Positions 26,490 to 38,700 of a DNA stretch of 64,000 nucleotides are shown here, piece by piece. Where the stretch lies: contig NC_082726.1 of assembly GCF_030144855.1 (NCBI RefSeq), positions 35,278,001-35,342,000 of the forward strand. The letters run 5' to 3'. Source of the stretch: Hypanus sabinus. Taxonomy: Eukaryota. The translations under genes were made by a program, and so were the position numbers. Position 1 is the stretch's first letter. Every line of letters begins with the position of its first letter. The notes under the pieces were generated by a model. The model was not told where the DNA came from, did no database searches, and saw only the letters and a program-made list of their open reading frames with translations.

Positions 26490-29400
26490 CCTTGGGTGCC
26501 TGTGTGAAGGACAGGATCCAAAATCTTTCATCCATGGGAGACTCACCTCTTACACCACCACTACCTTGGAAGAAGTGCCGGAGGTGAGGGAGAAGGGCTG
26601 GCATCCTGCTGAGGCTGAGATGGCTTCCTAGCATACACCTAGATAACAAGCTGTGCAAACTGAGAGCCAAAATCTCCTATCAGCAGTAAACAAAGGAATG
26701 CCACATTTTGTGCTTCGTGGAGACCTGGCTGACGGAGGAGATACTGGATCATGCCATCAAGCCCTCTGGGTTCTCCTTGTTCCAGGCAGGCAGATCATAA
26801 AACCTCACTAGGAAAAGTAAAGGAGGAGGGGTATGCTTCATGGTCAACAATGCTTGTGCAACCCCCAGAATGTGCATGCACTCAAATACTTCTGTTCCCC
26901 AGACCTGGAATACCTGGTGCAGACCCTACTGGCTGCCCAGGGAGTTCACAACTGTTATCATCACAGCGGTGTACACTCTGTCACAGGCTGATACTGACCC
27001 GGCTATCAAGGAACTGTACAAGACCATCACCACGCTGGAGACTGCACATCCAGAGGCTGGCTTCATCATCGCTGACGAAAGTCTCTCTGAAGTTTTGTCA
27101 GCACATCCAGCTGAGCACGCGTGGAGATAACACACTTGAACACTCTACTCTTCCTTCCACAATGCTTACAAATCTCTCCTTCGACCAGCTTTTGGAAAAT
27201 CAGACCACTCTCCGATCCCGCTTCTGCCAAAATACAAGCAGAAGCTGAAATAAGAGGCGGCCATAGTTAAAACTGTCCACTGTTGGTCCAACCAATTGGC
27301 CCCCATGCTGCAGGACTGCTTCGATGATGTCGACTGGAATGTCTTCCATGATGAGGATGTCTCCAAGTTCACGATGGAGTCACATGCTTCATCTGAAATG
27401 CATTGATGATGTTGTCCACCAGAAGTTGGTCTGGGTCTTCTCTAACCAGAAACCCTGGATCAATAGTCCCGTGTGAGCAGCACTTACAGCGCAACATCGA
27501 GCTTACATCACTGGCGATCAACTAGAGCTCAAGAAAACCAGCTACAATCTGCGCAAATCTATCAAGGCTGCAAAACAACAATTTAAGGAGAGTCAAGATT
27601 CACAATGAACAGCACACGTGACTTGTGGCGAGGGCTGCATACCATCGCAGACTTCAAAGCCAAACGTTGTGGTGCTGCCAACATTGCGGCCTCTCTGCCA
27701 GATGAGCTCAATCACTTTTACGCTCAGTTCGAGCTAACTCTGAGCCTCCAAGGAAAGCCACTGCTACAACCTGCAACCTGGTCATCTCTGAGACTGAGGT
27801 ACACAGATGTTTCCAATGAGTGGACAGTCACAAGGCTGTGGGACTGGACGGCATCCCAGGGCGAGTACTCAGGATGTGCGCAGCGCAACTGGCAGGTGTG
27901 TTTACAGACATTTTTAATCTCTCCCTCTCCCAGTGTAGAGTGCCCTTCTGCTTCAAATTATCCACCATTGTCATGTACCAAAAAAGACCAAGGTAACATG
28001 CCTGAACAACTGCTGTCCTGCCACATTCATCTCAATAATAAGCAAATGCTTTGAGAGGCTGGACAAAGATTACATCTGCAGCAAGCTACCACCCACACTG
28101 GATCCCCTACAATTCGCTTACTGACACAACCCATCGACAGATGACGCAATAGCCACTGCTCTACATACTGTCCTTACACATCTGAAGAAGAAGAATGCTT
28201 ATGTGAGAATGCTGTTCTTGGACTACAGTTCAGTATTCAACACCATAGTTACATCCAGGCACGACAAGAAGCTCAGAGACCTCGGCCTTGACCCTGCCTT
28301 TTGCAGCTGGATCCTGAACTTCCTGTCAGATCGCCAGCAGGTTGTAAGAGTGGGCTCCCTCACCTCTACCCTTCTGACTCTCAACACAGGAGCCCCTCAG
28401 GGCTGTGTACTAAGTCCCCTCCTTTACTCCCTGTATACCTATGACAGTGTCACCACCCACAGATCTAATTAAATTTGCTGACGACACTACATTTTTAAGA
28501 GAAGACACAGTTTTAAGGTGCTTGGAACTAGGTACAGAGGAGATGTCAGGGGTAAGTTTTTTACGCAGTGAGTGGTGAATGCATGAAATGGGCTGCCGGC
28601 AATGGTGGTGGAGGCAGATACAATAGGGTCTTTTAAGAGACTCCTGGATAGGTACATGGAGCTTAGAAAAATAAAGGGCTATGGGTAACCTGAGGTAATT
28701 TCTAAGTAAGTACATGTTCAGCACAGCATTGTGGGCTGAAGGACCTGTATCGTGCTGTAGGTTTTTGATGTTTCTATGTTTCTATTACATTGATTGGCCT
28801 TATCTCAAACAATAACAAGGTGGCCTACAGGGAAGAAGTTGTCTCTCCGACACAGTGGTGTCAAGAAAACAACCTCTCCTCCTCAACATCACAAAAACGA
28901 AGGAGCTGGTTGTGGATTACAGGAGGAATGGAGAAGGGCTGACCCCTATTGACATCAATGGATCTGGGGTTGAGAGGGTAAACAGCTTCAAGTTCCTCGG
29001 CATCCACATCACCGAGGACCTCACGTGGTTTGTACACACCAGCTGTGTGGTAAAAAAGGCACACCAGCACATCTTTCCTCTCAGATGGTTGAGGAAGTTT
29101 GGTGTGGGCCCCCAAATCCTAAGAACTTTTTACAGGGGCACTAGCTGCATCACTGCCTGGTATGGGAACTGTACCTCCCCTAATCGCAGGATTCTGCAGA
29201 GTGGTGCGGACAGCCCAGCACATCTGTAGTTGTGAACCTCCCAAGATTCAGGACATTTACAAAGACAGGTGTGAAAAAAGGGCCCAAAGGATCATTGGGG
29301 ACCTGAGTCACCCCAACCACAAACTGTTCCAGCTGCTAACTTCTGGGAAACGGTACCGCAGCATAAAAGCCAGGACCAACAGGTTCTGGGACAGCTTCTT

Positions 29401-29578
29401 CCACCAGGCCATCAGACTGATTAAATCACACTGATTTGAGTGTATTTCTATGTTACATTGACTGTTCTATTTTTTATAAATTACTATGATTGCACATTGC
29501 ACATTTAGACAGAGACGTAGCGTAAAGAACTTTATTCCTCATGTATGTTAAGGATGTAAAAAATAAAGTTAATTCAAG
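26490..29578 (+). mobile_element. Near full-length Rex1/Babar-type LINE (endonuclease plus RT), decayed
   Basis: CRPYWLPREFTTVIITAVY (endonuclease), RMLFLDYSSVFNTI, GAPQGCVLSPLLYSLYT, KFADDTT, KTKELVVDYRR, FKFLGIHITEDL. 3' end aataaagttaattcaa. Confidence 0.92.
28494..28785 (+). mobile_element. Short CR1 3' fragment inserted in the Rex1 RT
   Basis: CR1 end with tttctatgtttcta tail, flanked by TACATT at 28488-28493 and 28786-28791. Confidence 0.88.
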
Positions 29579-30254
29579 TGTTCTTTAAGTGAGATCCCAT
29601 TTATCAGGAAATAGAGAGATGTTGACACCGGTCATTAAAGTAATTGGATCAGCAATCCATTCATACGTGTGATATTACCAGCATTGAGCTGCAAAGTAGG
29701 AGAAAGAACTTCTATGCATCATTCAAGCCCCTTCCCTTGATTACCACTGTACTGTCAGTAATGACTGGATGTTAGAGAAAATTATTTAGTTTGCACTGGA
29801 GACCGTGATTTTGCAGACTTCTTAGGAGGGACATTTTCATTTACAGCTATTATTCCCTTAGAGCCCATGCTGAGAATGCATTCTTCCTCTGCTCAGCTCT
29901 GGGGGATGAGGTTGTGAATGGTGGCGGGTGTATCTTCCTGTTGGTTGCATTCTACTCCTTTTGCTCTCCAGACTCAGCTCCATGGCCCAGATGTTCTGGG
30001 TCCCCATAGTAGTTTCCTTTGGCATCTGTCTTTGGTTTGCAAGGTTCAGCAGCATGCAGTGAGGTCTCCACATCTTATATTTTCATATTTTTCTACATGT
30101 GGCTTTTCACTATGATCTTTATACTTGAATGGCTCTCATAGTTTCCGCACTGAGCTGCGAAGGTTGGAGAGGGTACTGAACTGAAGTGCCAAAGCATTAT
30201 AGAGTGGAGCCTGTTTCTTCAGGCACTGGGTTGCACTGAGAATTTATATAACTA

Positions 30255-30385
30255 TCGAGATACAGTGTTTCTGCCGCATGGCCCAGCAACCCCTTATTTA
30301 ACCCTAGCTTAATCAAGGGACAATTTACAATGGCCAATATGGGAGGAAACCAGGGCACCCAGGTAAAACCCACACGTTCTATGGG
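30255..30385 (-). mobile_element. SINE fragment
   Basis: gggacaatttacaatggccaat...gaggaaaccagggcacccagg is the reverse complement of the SINE body seen at 2640-2720. Confidence 0.55.
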
Positions 30386-31239
30386 GATATGAAGGACCAG
30401 GGTAAGCATAAAACTAGGAGAGCAGGTAAAGGTGAAAAACATAGGGGTTTTATTACCCAAAATGTTTACAAACTCAACAGAACTGTTCTAGAGTCCAAAC
30501 TTGAATCAGCTAAACAAAACGGAACTTGGTTACAACAACATAGTAAGTACTCCTCAAACCAAGAGACACCACTCATCTCCTGACTGTGGGTTTCAATTCG
30601 ATGCTGTCCAGTCCATAGTAAATTGCAGGGGAGAGAAAACATTCCTCTCCTTAAAAAGATACGGCATAAATGAAGCAGCTCCAGAGAACACCCCTCTGGT
30701 TGTAGCAGAATGGCACAATCCAATTATCCAGCCCCATCTGCTTAGGCTGGTGTAATGGGACCACTCAGACATTTGCCAGATTATCAGGGGGATACTCGGC
30801 TACAGGACACTTTAATATGCCCGGTTGATGGTGCGGCTGGTAATTGCAGCCACCACAGGGGAGGGTGTATGGACACGTCAGAATTCCACTCCAAACTCCA
30901 ACAATCTGAGCTTTACTACTGTGGCGCCTAATGACCTGCAATATTGACTTCCTCAGGATGAAGGAGGTGTATGCTTCCCAAAAACGAAGTATTCAGATTG
31001 AGAAAATTCCTCTCAACATCTACAAGAAACAATGCCCTGAGGAACGAAACCCTTTCCTGTTAATAGAAGGGTCATGCTTACTCAACAGGCTCTTTAGGAG
31101 CATTCTGGGAAGACTGCAAATCTGCAGTGTCTCAGAAATCACTGAAATCAAGGTTCTCTCTAGACTATGGATGAACTGACTTTCAGAAATATAACTTTAT
31201 ACAGATTTTCCCATATATGGCAGAGGGAAGAAACTGTTC

Positions 31240-31690
31240 CTAAATCACTGAGTGTAGATTTTAAGGCTCCTGTACCTCCTTCCTGATGGTAGTAATGAAA
31301 AGGCATGTCCCAGATGATGAGGGTCCTTAATGACAGATTTTGTCTTCTTGAGGCATAGCCCCTTGAAGATGGTCTTGATAGTGGGTAAGGTTTTCACTTG
31401 ATGGAGCTGGCTGAATCCACAACCCTCTGCCTCTTCTTGTGATCTTATTCTTTGGGCTCTGCATACTGAGCTGTAACGCAACCAGTCAGAATGGCCTCCA
31501 TCATGCATCTATAGAAACTTGTAAGAGTTTTTGGTGATAAACCAAATCTCCTCAAATTCCAAAGGAAGTAGCGCTGTTGGTGCACCTTCTTCATGATTAC
31601 ATCAATGTGGTAGGACCAAGATGGATCCTCTGAGATGTTATCTCTGAGAACTTGAAGCCATTCATCCTTCCACTCCTGACCCCTCAATGA
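31240..31690 (-). mobile_element. Rex1/Babar-type LINE 3' fragment
   Basis: ORFs ISEDPSWSYHIDVIMKKVHQQRYFLWNLRRFGLSPKTLTSFYRC and IKDPHHLGHAFSLLPSGRRYRSL. Confidence 0.85.
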
Positions 31691-31744
31691 GAACCATGTG
31701 TGAAAAGGGATCTTGTGCTTTCCCAGCGTATATGACAACTAAAC

Positions 31745-31857
31745 TCTTCTTGGGCTTCCAGCCGGGTACAGATATTAATTATAACCGACATTTCAATGAA
31801 AAACACCACCATCTTCAGGGCATCCTGGTGAAGACGGCAGAGTTTGTCATTGAAACA
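31745..31857. mobile_element. Short palindromic Penelope-like remnant with inverted hammerhead-like arms
   Basis: Arms 31789-31819 and 31824-31857 are imperfect inverted repeats. The right arm reads CCTGGTGA...TGAAAC. Confidence 0.45.
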
Positions 31858-32999
31858 CTTTCTTTGTAGAACCAGTGTGTTCTCCCAATTTCCACTTCCT
31901 GAAGTTTAATTATGGGAAGTTGAGTTGTCAATGAAATGAAAGAATTATAGCATGTGTATATAGAATTACACAACACGGCCAGCTATAGAAGACGGATACT
32001 GCTGACTTACAAAGAAATTAGTCTATGGACTGTTCTCAGGAATGGAACCCTTATATAACACAGGACTGTCTTTAATTTCTTGGCAAATACTATGTGGGTT
32101 GGTGATTAGTAGAATGGGAGGCAAGGTGCTAATTTGCTGTGGCTAATTGGAAAGACCTTGTAATAAGAAAATGAGTTTTTTTTACCCTTGACCTTGAAAG
32201 AGGAGGCAGCCCAAATCTGCAAGTATGTCTAAAGGTTGTCCTGCTAAATGACACAGCTATAGTGATGACAGCCTTAGAATATCTGAGCCTGTGAATAATT
32301 TGTTTATCAGAGCTCCAGGTAAGATGTGCTGTCTCTGACGATTCTCCAGGAGGAAGTACTTAAGTGCCAATATGTCTATGACCCATCCTAACTGGCTAGC
32401 CATGATCATAAAGATGTCTTCAATAAGAGAGCAGTCAATGGTGTCACCATATAAAACAAGTAGCTCAGCAGCTAAACACTGGAGGAAACACCTTTGAAGG
32501 TACTATTGTAGCTTACAATCCCTTATAAAACCACAGCTATGCCTTCAAGTGTCAACAGACTATCCCTTAAATGGTAAGAAAAGAGTTGCCAAGAATGATT
32601 TACTCTTGGGTCTCTAGTGGCAGTTCCACAATGATCATATACATTGGAGTTCAAAACTATTATGTCAGGCAGAAGTAGGTGCTGTATATCATTAAAGCAG
32701 GCACGGAGCACAGGAAAAAGGCGAAGTGCAGCAGATGATAGTGACTAACATAACTTCACCTATAAATGATTGCTAGTGCATTCTGTTCTGAAAAAAAGAA
32801 GAATTTTGAGTGGTTATTGCCTAAAATGTGGGCACTATGCAATTCAATTTCTAGGATCTAATTCCAATCAGGGACGGGGAAGCTCCAAAATTAGCACAAA
32901 CAAAAGAAGAGTAATTCAAAAAATGGAATTTAACTGTAACAAATTTCCTGGTTCAAATGTAGGTAACAACACTTGTTACAATCATCTAAAATTACAGAT

Positions 33000-33950
33000 T
33001 GCAGAAGTGTTCTTTCAGATTGGAAAATTGCACGTGCCAATCTTGTATTTGTCAAAGGAAGAAACACCAAGGGATTATAGATCAGTTAAGGAAATTACTG
33101 GAGTCCATAATCATTAAACTGACTGAACTCTTTGAAAACCTTCAGTTGATCAGACAGATTATAGGCGAGGTCAATTAGCCTGACCATTATTTTTAAGAGA
33201 GGTGATCAAAATGGGGTACGGGGTATCTAATCATGTTCTCAATTTGGACCAAAAAAAATATTTGACAGTCTCTCAGAAGAATCTGTTAGCTTAAGCTCCA
33301 ACTCATGAAATTGAGAGCATATAATTTGCCTGCTTAGGAAGCTGAAGTAAACTGGTTGAATAGCATAAGGCAAGGATAATAACGCAGGGTGTGATTGTGG
33401 ATTCTCACAAGGATTAAGTGTTTTAGCCTCAACTAGTCCATATATTAATATATGAAATAGATAAAGGAGATAGAAAGCCATATATTCAAGTTTATCAAAG
33501 ACACAAACACAGGCTGCAACGGAAATAAGACAAATATTATAATCACAAGCAATGTTAATACATTAAATGTTTGGACAAAATCACAGTAAATGGAATTAAT
33601 TGTTGGCCAATATGAAGTCAACTCTTTCAACCATGAAAAGGATAGTAATAAAGAGTACTTTCCAATGGTAGAATGTGATAAATTGTGGAGAATTCAAAGA
33701 GTTAGATTCCAAATTCATAGATGGTTAAAACATCATTGACAGATATATAAGGTAATCACAAAGGCTAATGAAATGTCAGCACTTGAATTTAGAGGATTGT
33801 GATATAAAGGATTAGTAGTAATCCAGCACTTTAATAAACGCCAGGTTTGAACAAGCCTGCATTACCAAGAACTGTGGCTGTGTGCCACACCTTAAGAATG
33901 ATATATTGGACTTCAAGGGAGAACAATTTATCATGAAGGAAAATTGCATA
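33000..33950 (+). mobile_element. Very old CR1-like ORF2 remnants
   Basis: gggattatagatcagttaag (NYRPV-like), aagtttatcaaagacacaaac (KFADDT-like) and aaggctaatgaaatg. Heavily decayed. Confidence 0.4.
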
Positions 33951-34069
33951 AACCAATGAAGCTGTTTTTCTTTTGAATTTTTATGTTAATGAAGGGAAAG
34001 GATATGTTTTCACAGTGGTGCTAGAAAATTTGTGAACCCGATAGAATTTTCTCTATTTCTTAATGAATA

Positions 34070-34692
34070 CAGTCAGTCCTCCTTATCCACGGATTCCGTA
34101 TGTGCAGATTCAACCAACCGCAGATCGGGAACATCCAGAAGTTCTCTCCCCAGCACTCNNNNNNNNNNNNNNNNNNNNNNNNNNNNNNNNNNNNNNNNNN
34201 NNNNNNNNNNNNNNNNNNNNNNNNNNNNNNNNNNNNNNNNNNNNNNNNNNNNNNNNNNNNNNNNNNNNNNNNNNNNNNNNNNNNNNNNNNNNNCCCCGGG
34301 TTATGCATTGCTTAGTATTAATTGTAGCTTTCATCAGGGCAGGGCCTTTCACATGCTCCATTAAAATTGTTCCAATCGTTGACTGACTGTAGCTTAACAC
34401 TTTTCCAATGACCGATGGCGTTTCACCTCTTTCCAATCGCTTTATTACTTCCACCTTATTTTCAATTGTGATTATGATCATTTTCGTGAACAGAAACACT
34501 GCGGATTCAGAGCTCCGCCGTCAGGTCCTAATATCCACCGCACGGAGACATGTTAAATAAAGTCTGGACTTCCGCTGGGTCCTAAAGACCACCATACTGA
34601 TACATGTTAAATAAGGGACTTGAGCATCCGCAAATTTTGGTATCAGCTGGGGGTCCCGGAACCAATCCCCCACGGATAAGGAGGGCCGACTG
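34070..34692 (-). mobile_element. Tigger/pogo internally deleted element, TA TSD
   Basis: TA|CAGTCAGTCCTCCTTATCC...GGATAAGGAGGGCCGACTG|TA. Minus-strand ORF ITIENKVEVIKRLERGETPSVIGKVLSYSQSTIGTIL is a CENP-B/psq-type HTH of a Tigger transposase. Confidence 0.9.
34159..34293. other. Assembly gap (135 N)
   Basis: Run of N. Confidence 1.
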
Positions 34693-36675
34693 TACTTTGC
34701 TTCAGTATTCACCGGTGAGAAGGACCTTAGCAATTGTAGGGATGATTTACAGTGAACTGAAACACTTGAGTGTATAGACTTTAAGAAAGAGGATATGCTA
34801 GAGCTTTTGTAAGGTATTAAGTTAGTTAAGTTGCTGGGACTGGTTGAGATTTAACCAAGGCTACTGTGGGAAGTGAGGGAGGAGATTGCTGAGCCTCTGG
34901 CGATGATCTTTGCATCATCAATAGGAATGGAAGAAGTACCAGAGAATTGGAAGATTCCAAACATTGTTCCCTTTTTCAAGAAAGGGAGTAGAGATAACCC
35001 AGGAAATTATAGACTAGTGAGTCTTACTCTAGTGGTGGGCAATTTGTTGGAGAAAATCCTGAGAGGTAGGATTTATGAGTGTTTGGAGGGACATAATCTG
35101 ATTAGGGGTAGTCAGCAGGACTTTGTCAAGGGCAGGTCATGCCTTAATTCTTTGAGGTTGTAACAAAACACATTGATGAAGATAGAGCATGTAGTGTATA
35201 TAGCATATATGGATGTAGTGTATATGGATTTCAGTAAGGCATTTAATAAGGTTCCTCATACAAGGCTTATTCAGAAAGTAGAGGCATGGGGTCTAAGGAG
35301 ACATTGTTTTGTGGATCCAGAATTGGCTTGCCCATTGGAGGCAAAGGGTGGTTGTAGATGGTTCATATTTTGCATGGAGGACGATGACCAGTGGTGTTCT
35401 GCAGGGATCTGTCTGGGACCCCTCTTCTTTGTGATTTTAATAAATGACCTGGATAAGGAAGTAGAAGGATGGGTTAGTAAGTTTGCTGATAACACAAAAG
35501 TTGGGGGTGTTGTGGATAGTCTGAAGGGTTGTCAGAAGTGACAGTGTGACATCGATAGGATGCAGAACTGGGCTGAGAAGTGGCAAATGGAGTTCAACCC
35601 AGATAAGTGTGAAGTGGTTCATTTCGGTAGGTCAAATTTGAAGACAGAATATAATATTAATGGCAAGACTCTTGGCAGTGTGGAGGATCAGTGATATCTT
35701 GGGGTCTATGTCTGTAGGACACTCAAAGCTGCTGCACAGGTTGACAGTGTTGTTAAGAAGGTGTATGGTGTGTTGGGCTTCATCAACCTTGGGAATGAGT
35801 TCAAGAGCCGTGTAGTAATGTTTCAGCTATATAAGGCCTTAGTTAGACTCCAGTTGGAGTACTGAGTTTATTTTTGGTCACCTCACAACAGGAAGGATGT
35901 GGATACTATAGAGAGTGCAGACAAGAATTACAAGGATGTTGCCTGGATTGGAGAGCATGCCTTATGATAATAGGTTGTGTGAGTTTGGCCTTTTCTCTTT
36001 GGAGTGATGGAGGATGAGGTGTATGAGATGATGAGAGACATTGATCGCGTGGATAGCCTGAGGCTTTTTCCCAGGGCTCAAATGGCTAACACAAGGGGGC
36101 ATAGTTTTAAGGTGCTTGCAAGTAGGTACAAGGGGGAAAGAGGTACCGAGGGGATGTCAGGGATAGGTTTTTCACACAGAGAGTGGTGGGTATGTGGAAT
36201 GCACTGCCGGCGGTGGTGCTGGAAGTGGATACCGTAGGGTCATTTAAGAGCCTCTTAGGTAGGTGTATGGTGCTTAGAAAAATAGAGGGCTATGCAGTAG
36301 GGAATTTCTAGGCAGTTTCTAGAGTAGGTTGCATGATTGCCACATCATTGTGGGTTGAAGGGCCTGTAATGTGCTGTAGATTTCTATGTTCCATGTTCTG
36401 CATAAATATGACCTAAAATGTGATCAGATCTTCACACGTCCTAAAACTAATAACGAGAACTCAATTAAATAAATAACATAAACATTAAACTTGTTCATTT
36501 ATTTATTAAGAAAAATGATCCAATATTATGTGTAATTGTTGGAAAAAGTATGTGAGCCACTGGGGGTAATGGCTTCTACAAAAGCTATTTGGAGTCAGGT
36601 GTTCCAATCAATGAGATGAGCTTGGAGGTGTGGGTTGTAGAGGTGCCCTGCCCAATTTAAAGGAAAAAAAATACC

Positions 36676-37690
36676 GTGAGAAGAATTCAATGTTCATGCT
36701 ATCAGGTTGGAGGCCTATCTGGATGGAATATTAAGTGTTGCTCCCCCACATGGAAGGTAGCTTCACTGTGGCAAAAGAGGAGATCAAGGATCAACATGTC
36801 GGAGCAGGAATGGGGATAGGAATTATAATGGTTGGCCACCGAGAAATACTGCTATTGACAGATAGAGCGGATGTGTTCACCAATGTGGTCCCCTAATTTA
36901 CATCGGGTCTCACCAATATAGAGGAGGCTGCATCATGAGCACTGGATACAGTAGACAACCCTAACCGGTGAAGTGTTGCCTAACCTGGAAGGACTGTTTG
37001 GGGTCCTGAATGGAGGAGGTGAATGGGCAGATGTAGCATTTCTGTCACTTGCAGGGCTATGTGCCACGAGGAAGATTAGTGTGGAGGGTTGAATGAACAA
37101 GGGAATCACGGATGGAGTGATCCCTGTGGGAAGTAGAGAGAGGGAGAGGGAGGTAGGTGTTTGGTGGGAGAATCTCGTCGAAAATGGCAGAAGTTACGGA
37201 GAATGAAGCGTTGGATGTGGAGGCTCATGGGGCTGTAGGCAAGAACAAGAGGAACTCTATTCCTGTTCAGAACATCAGAAGAATGTGTGAGCACAGGTGC
37301 CTGGGAAACGGTGGATGAGGGCAGCATCGTGCTTAGAGGAAGGGAAACCCCTATCTCTGAAGGAGGACATCCTGGAAAGGAAAACCTAATCATGGGAACA
37401 TATGCAGTAAAGACGAAGAACTGAGAAAACGAAATCATTTTTTTTACAGGTGACAGTGTGGGAAGAGATACAGTAACAAAAAACTGCCAGTTTGTCTCCA
37501 ATGATGGAAACACACAGAGATCAAGAAAGGGGAGAGAAGTGTCAGAAATGGACCAAGTGAATTTAGGGGCAGGGCAGAAGCTGGCGGCAAGGTGGATGAA
37601 ATTGATGAGTTAAGCATAAGTCCATGAAGCAGCACTAATGCAGTCGTCAAATGTACGCAGGGAACGCCGAGGAGCATTAGTAGGGAAGGT
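36676..37690 (-). mobile_element. Penelope-like element fragment (RT C-terminus toward GIY-YIG)
   Basis: NRNRVPLVLAYSPMSLHIQRFILRNFCHFRRD, the typical RT-endonuclease linker of Penelope-like elements. Confidence 0.8.
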
Positions 37691-37739
37691 ATTCTGAGAT
37701 CTGGAATACCAGGGAATCCTCTCCCTCAATGGACTGGCC

Positions 37740-38700
37740 GCTGGTCCTTGCCTGTCCAGCAGATGCTCACCGTGTACCCGAGAAGGCCCGTCGCTTTCCG
37801 GGGCTGAAGAAGAGCCGGTCGCCGTGCGTCACGTGATCTCGCAGGGAGTTGACGTGACACAAACGGGTCCCGTCGTGCGCACCCTGCAACCGCCCGGAAA
37901 GGACGGTTCCAGACCGCCCGGAGCTCCACGGGGAAACAAGGAGGATGAACTCGAGGGGGCAACCTCCCCAGTCACCAGCCAGCCACCCACCCACCGGCGC
38001 AGCCCCAACACCGTAACCCGCCAATTAGCCTTGTCTCGACGACGACTTCCGGCACACTCTGCTTTTCAGGTGGCGTCATCCTGACTGGATGCGTGCACGC
38101 GCGTGCTGCTGAGAGCACGATTGGCAGGGAGCGCGCGCGCGCGGCGGCGGGAGAGGGCGAGACGGAGTGCAGGGGTTCGCGGTGATTGCGGAGCCGGGGG
38201 ATTTTATTGCTGGAACCTGCTCCTCCAGATAAAAAGGATCGTTTACGGACGGAAGGCGACGCTCCGGTGAGTGGGAATTCTCTGTCTAACCTCCCATACC
38301 CGATTTCTCAGAGCAAAGTGTGTTGGATTTAAAGAGCGATAAATGGGAAGGGGACGGGGAAGGGCCCTCGTCTCAGCCCTCCTTTCCCACGCCAGCCCCC
38401 ACCCTCAGCCCCTCTCCTTATTCCCCACCTTGTTGTCGACTCGCTGGCTTCGGCCTCTCAACACCCCCCCCCCCCTCCGCTTTGCCCGGCCGGCAGGGTG
38501 AACTGAGGGAGTTCGGAGCAGGCCAGGGAATGGGGCAGCTGCTTCATCGGGATCTGAGGAAAACATTACTCCCAAACCGCCTTTGAAATAAAATTAAGCT
38601 GTGGCCGGTAGTGGGTGAAATGTAACCAAGTTTAAACTTTCGCGTTCCCTTGGAAGTTCTCATGTCGGCGCAGCTTTATTTTCGATGTTTAAAATTATCT
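37740..38700. promoter_or_regulatory. CpG-island promoter, probably of bmpr1a
   Basis: The only long non-TE CpG-rich stretch in the window. E-box GTCACGTGA 37828-37836, TGACGT at 37850, CCAAT about 38021, ETS ACTTCCGG 38045-38052, ATTGG about 38120, (GC)n 38131-38142. Gene identity rests on vertebrate LDB3-BMPR1A synteny only. Confidence 0.8.
38130..38266 (+). other. Candidate non-coding first exon (putative bmpr1a 5' UTR); start approximate
   Basis: Strong donor CCG|GTGAGT at 38266/38267 inside the CpG island; no ATG in this interval. Confidence 0.6.

Larger units (their letters stand above)
34061..36399 (+). mobile_element. 5'-truncated CR1 LINE (RT to 3' tail)
   Basis: NEYFASVFT start, PGNYRLVSLT, YMDFSKAFNKVPH, KFADNTKVGG, tail tttctatgttccatgttct. 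Confidence 0.92.
34013..36662 (+). mobile_element. 5' part of a Tc1 element (same family as 24675-26186), split by CR1 and Tigger insertions
   Basis: TIR start cagtggtgctagaaaatttgtgaaccc at 34013-34060 resumes at about 36396 (ttctgcataaatatgacc...gatcagatcttc). Confidence 0.85.

Noticed and set aside
29858-31179. Cluster of 60-87 aa ORFs as an unknown gene
   Set aside because: No consistent splice structure; parts look like decayed RTE and SINE sequence.
34032-34386. ORFs spanning poly-X
   Set aside because: Artefacts of the N gap; only the Tigger HTH part on the minus strand is meaningful.
37726-38586. ORFs in the CpG island
   Set aside because: Expected from high GC and few stop codons; low-complexity translations with no domain.
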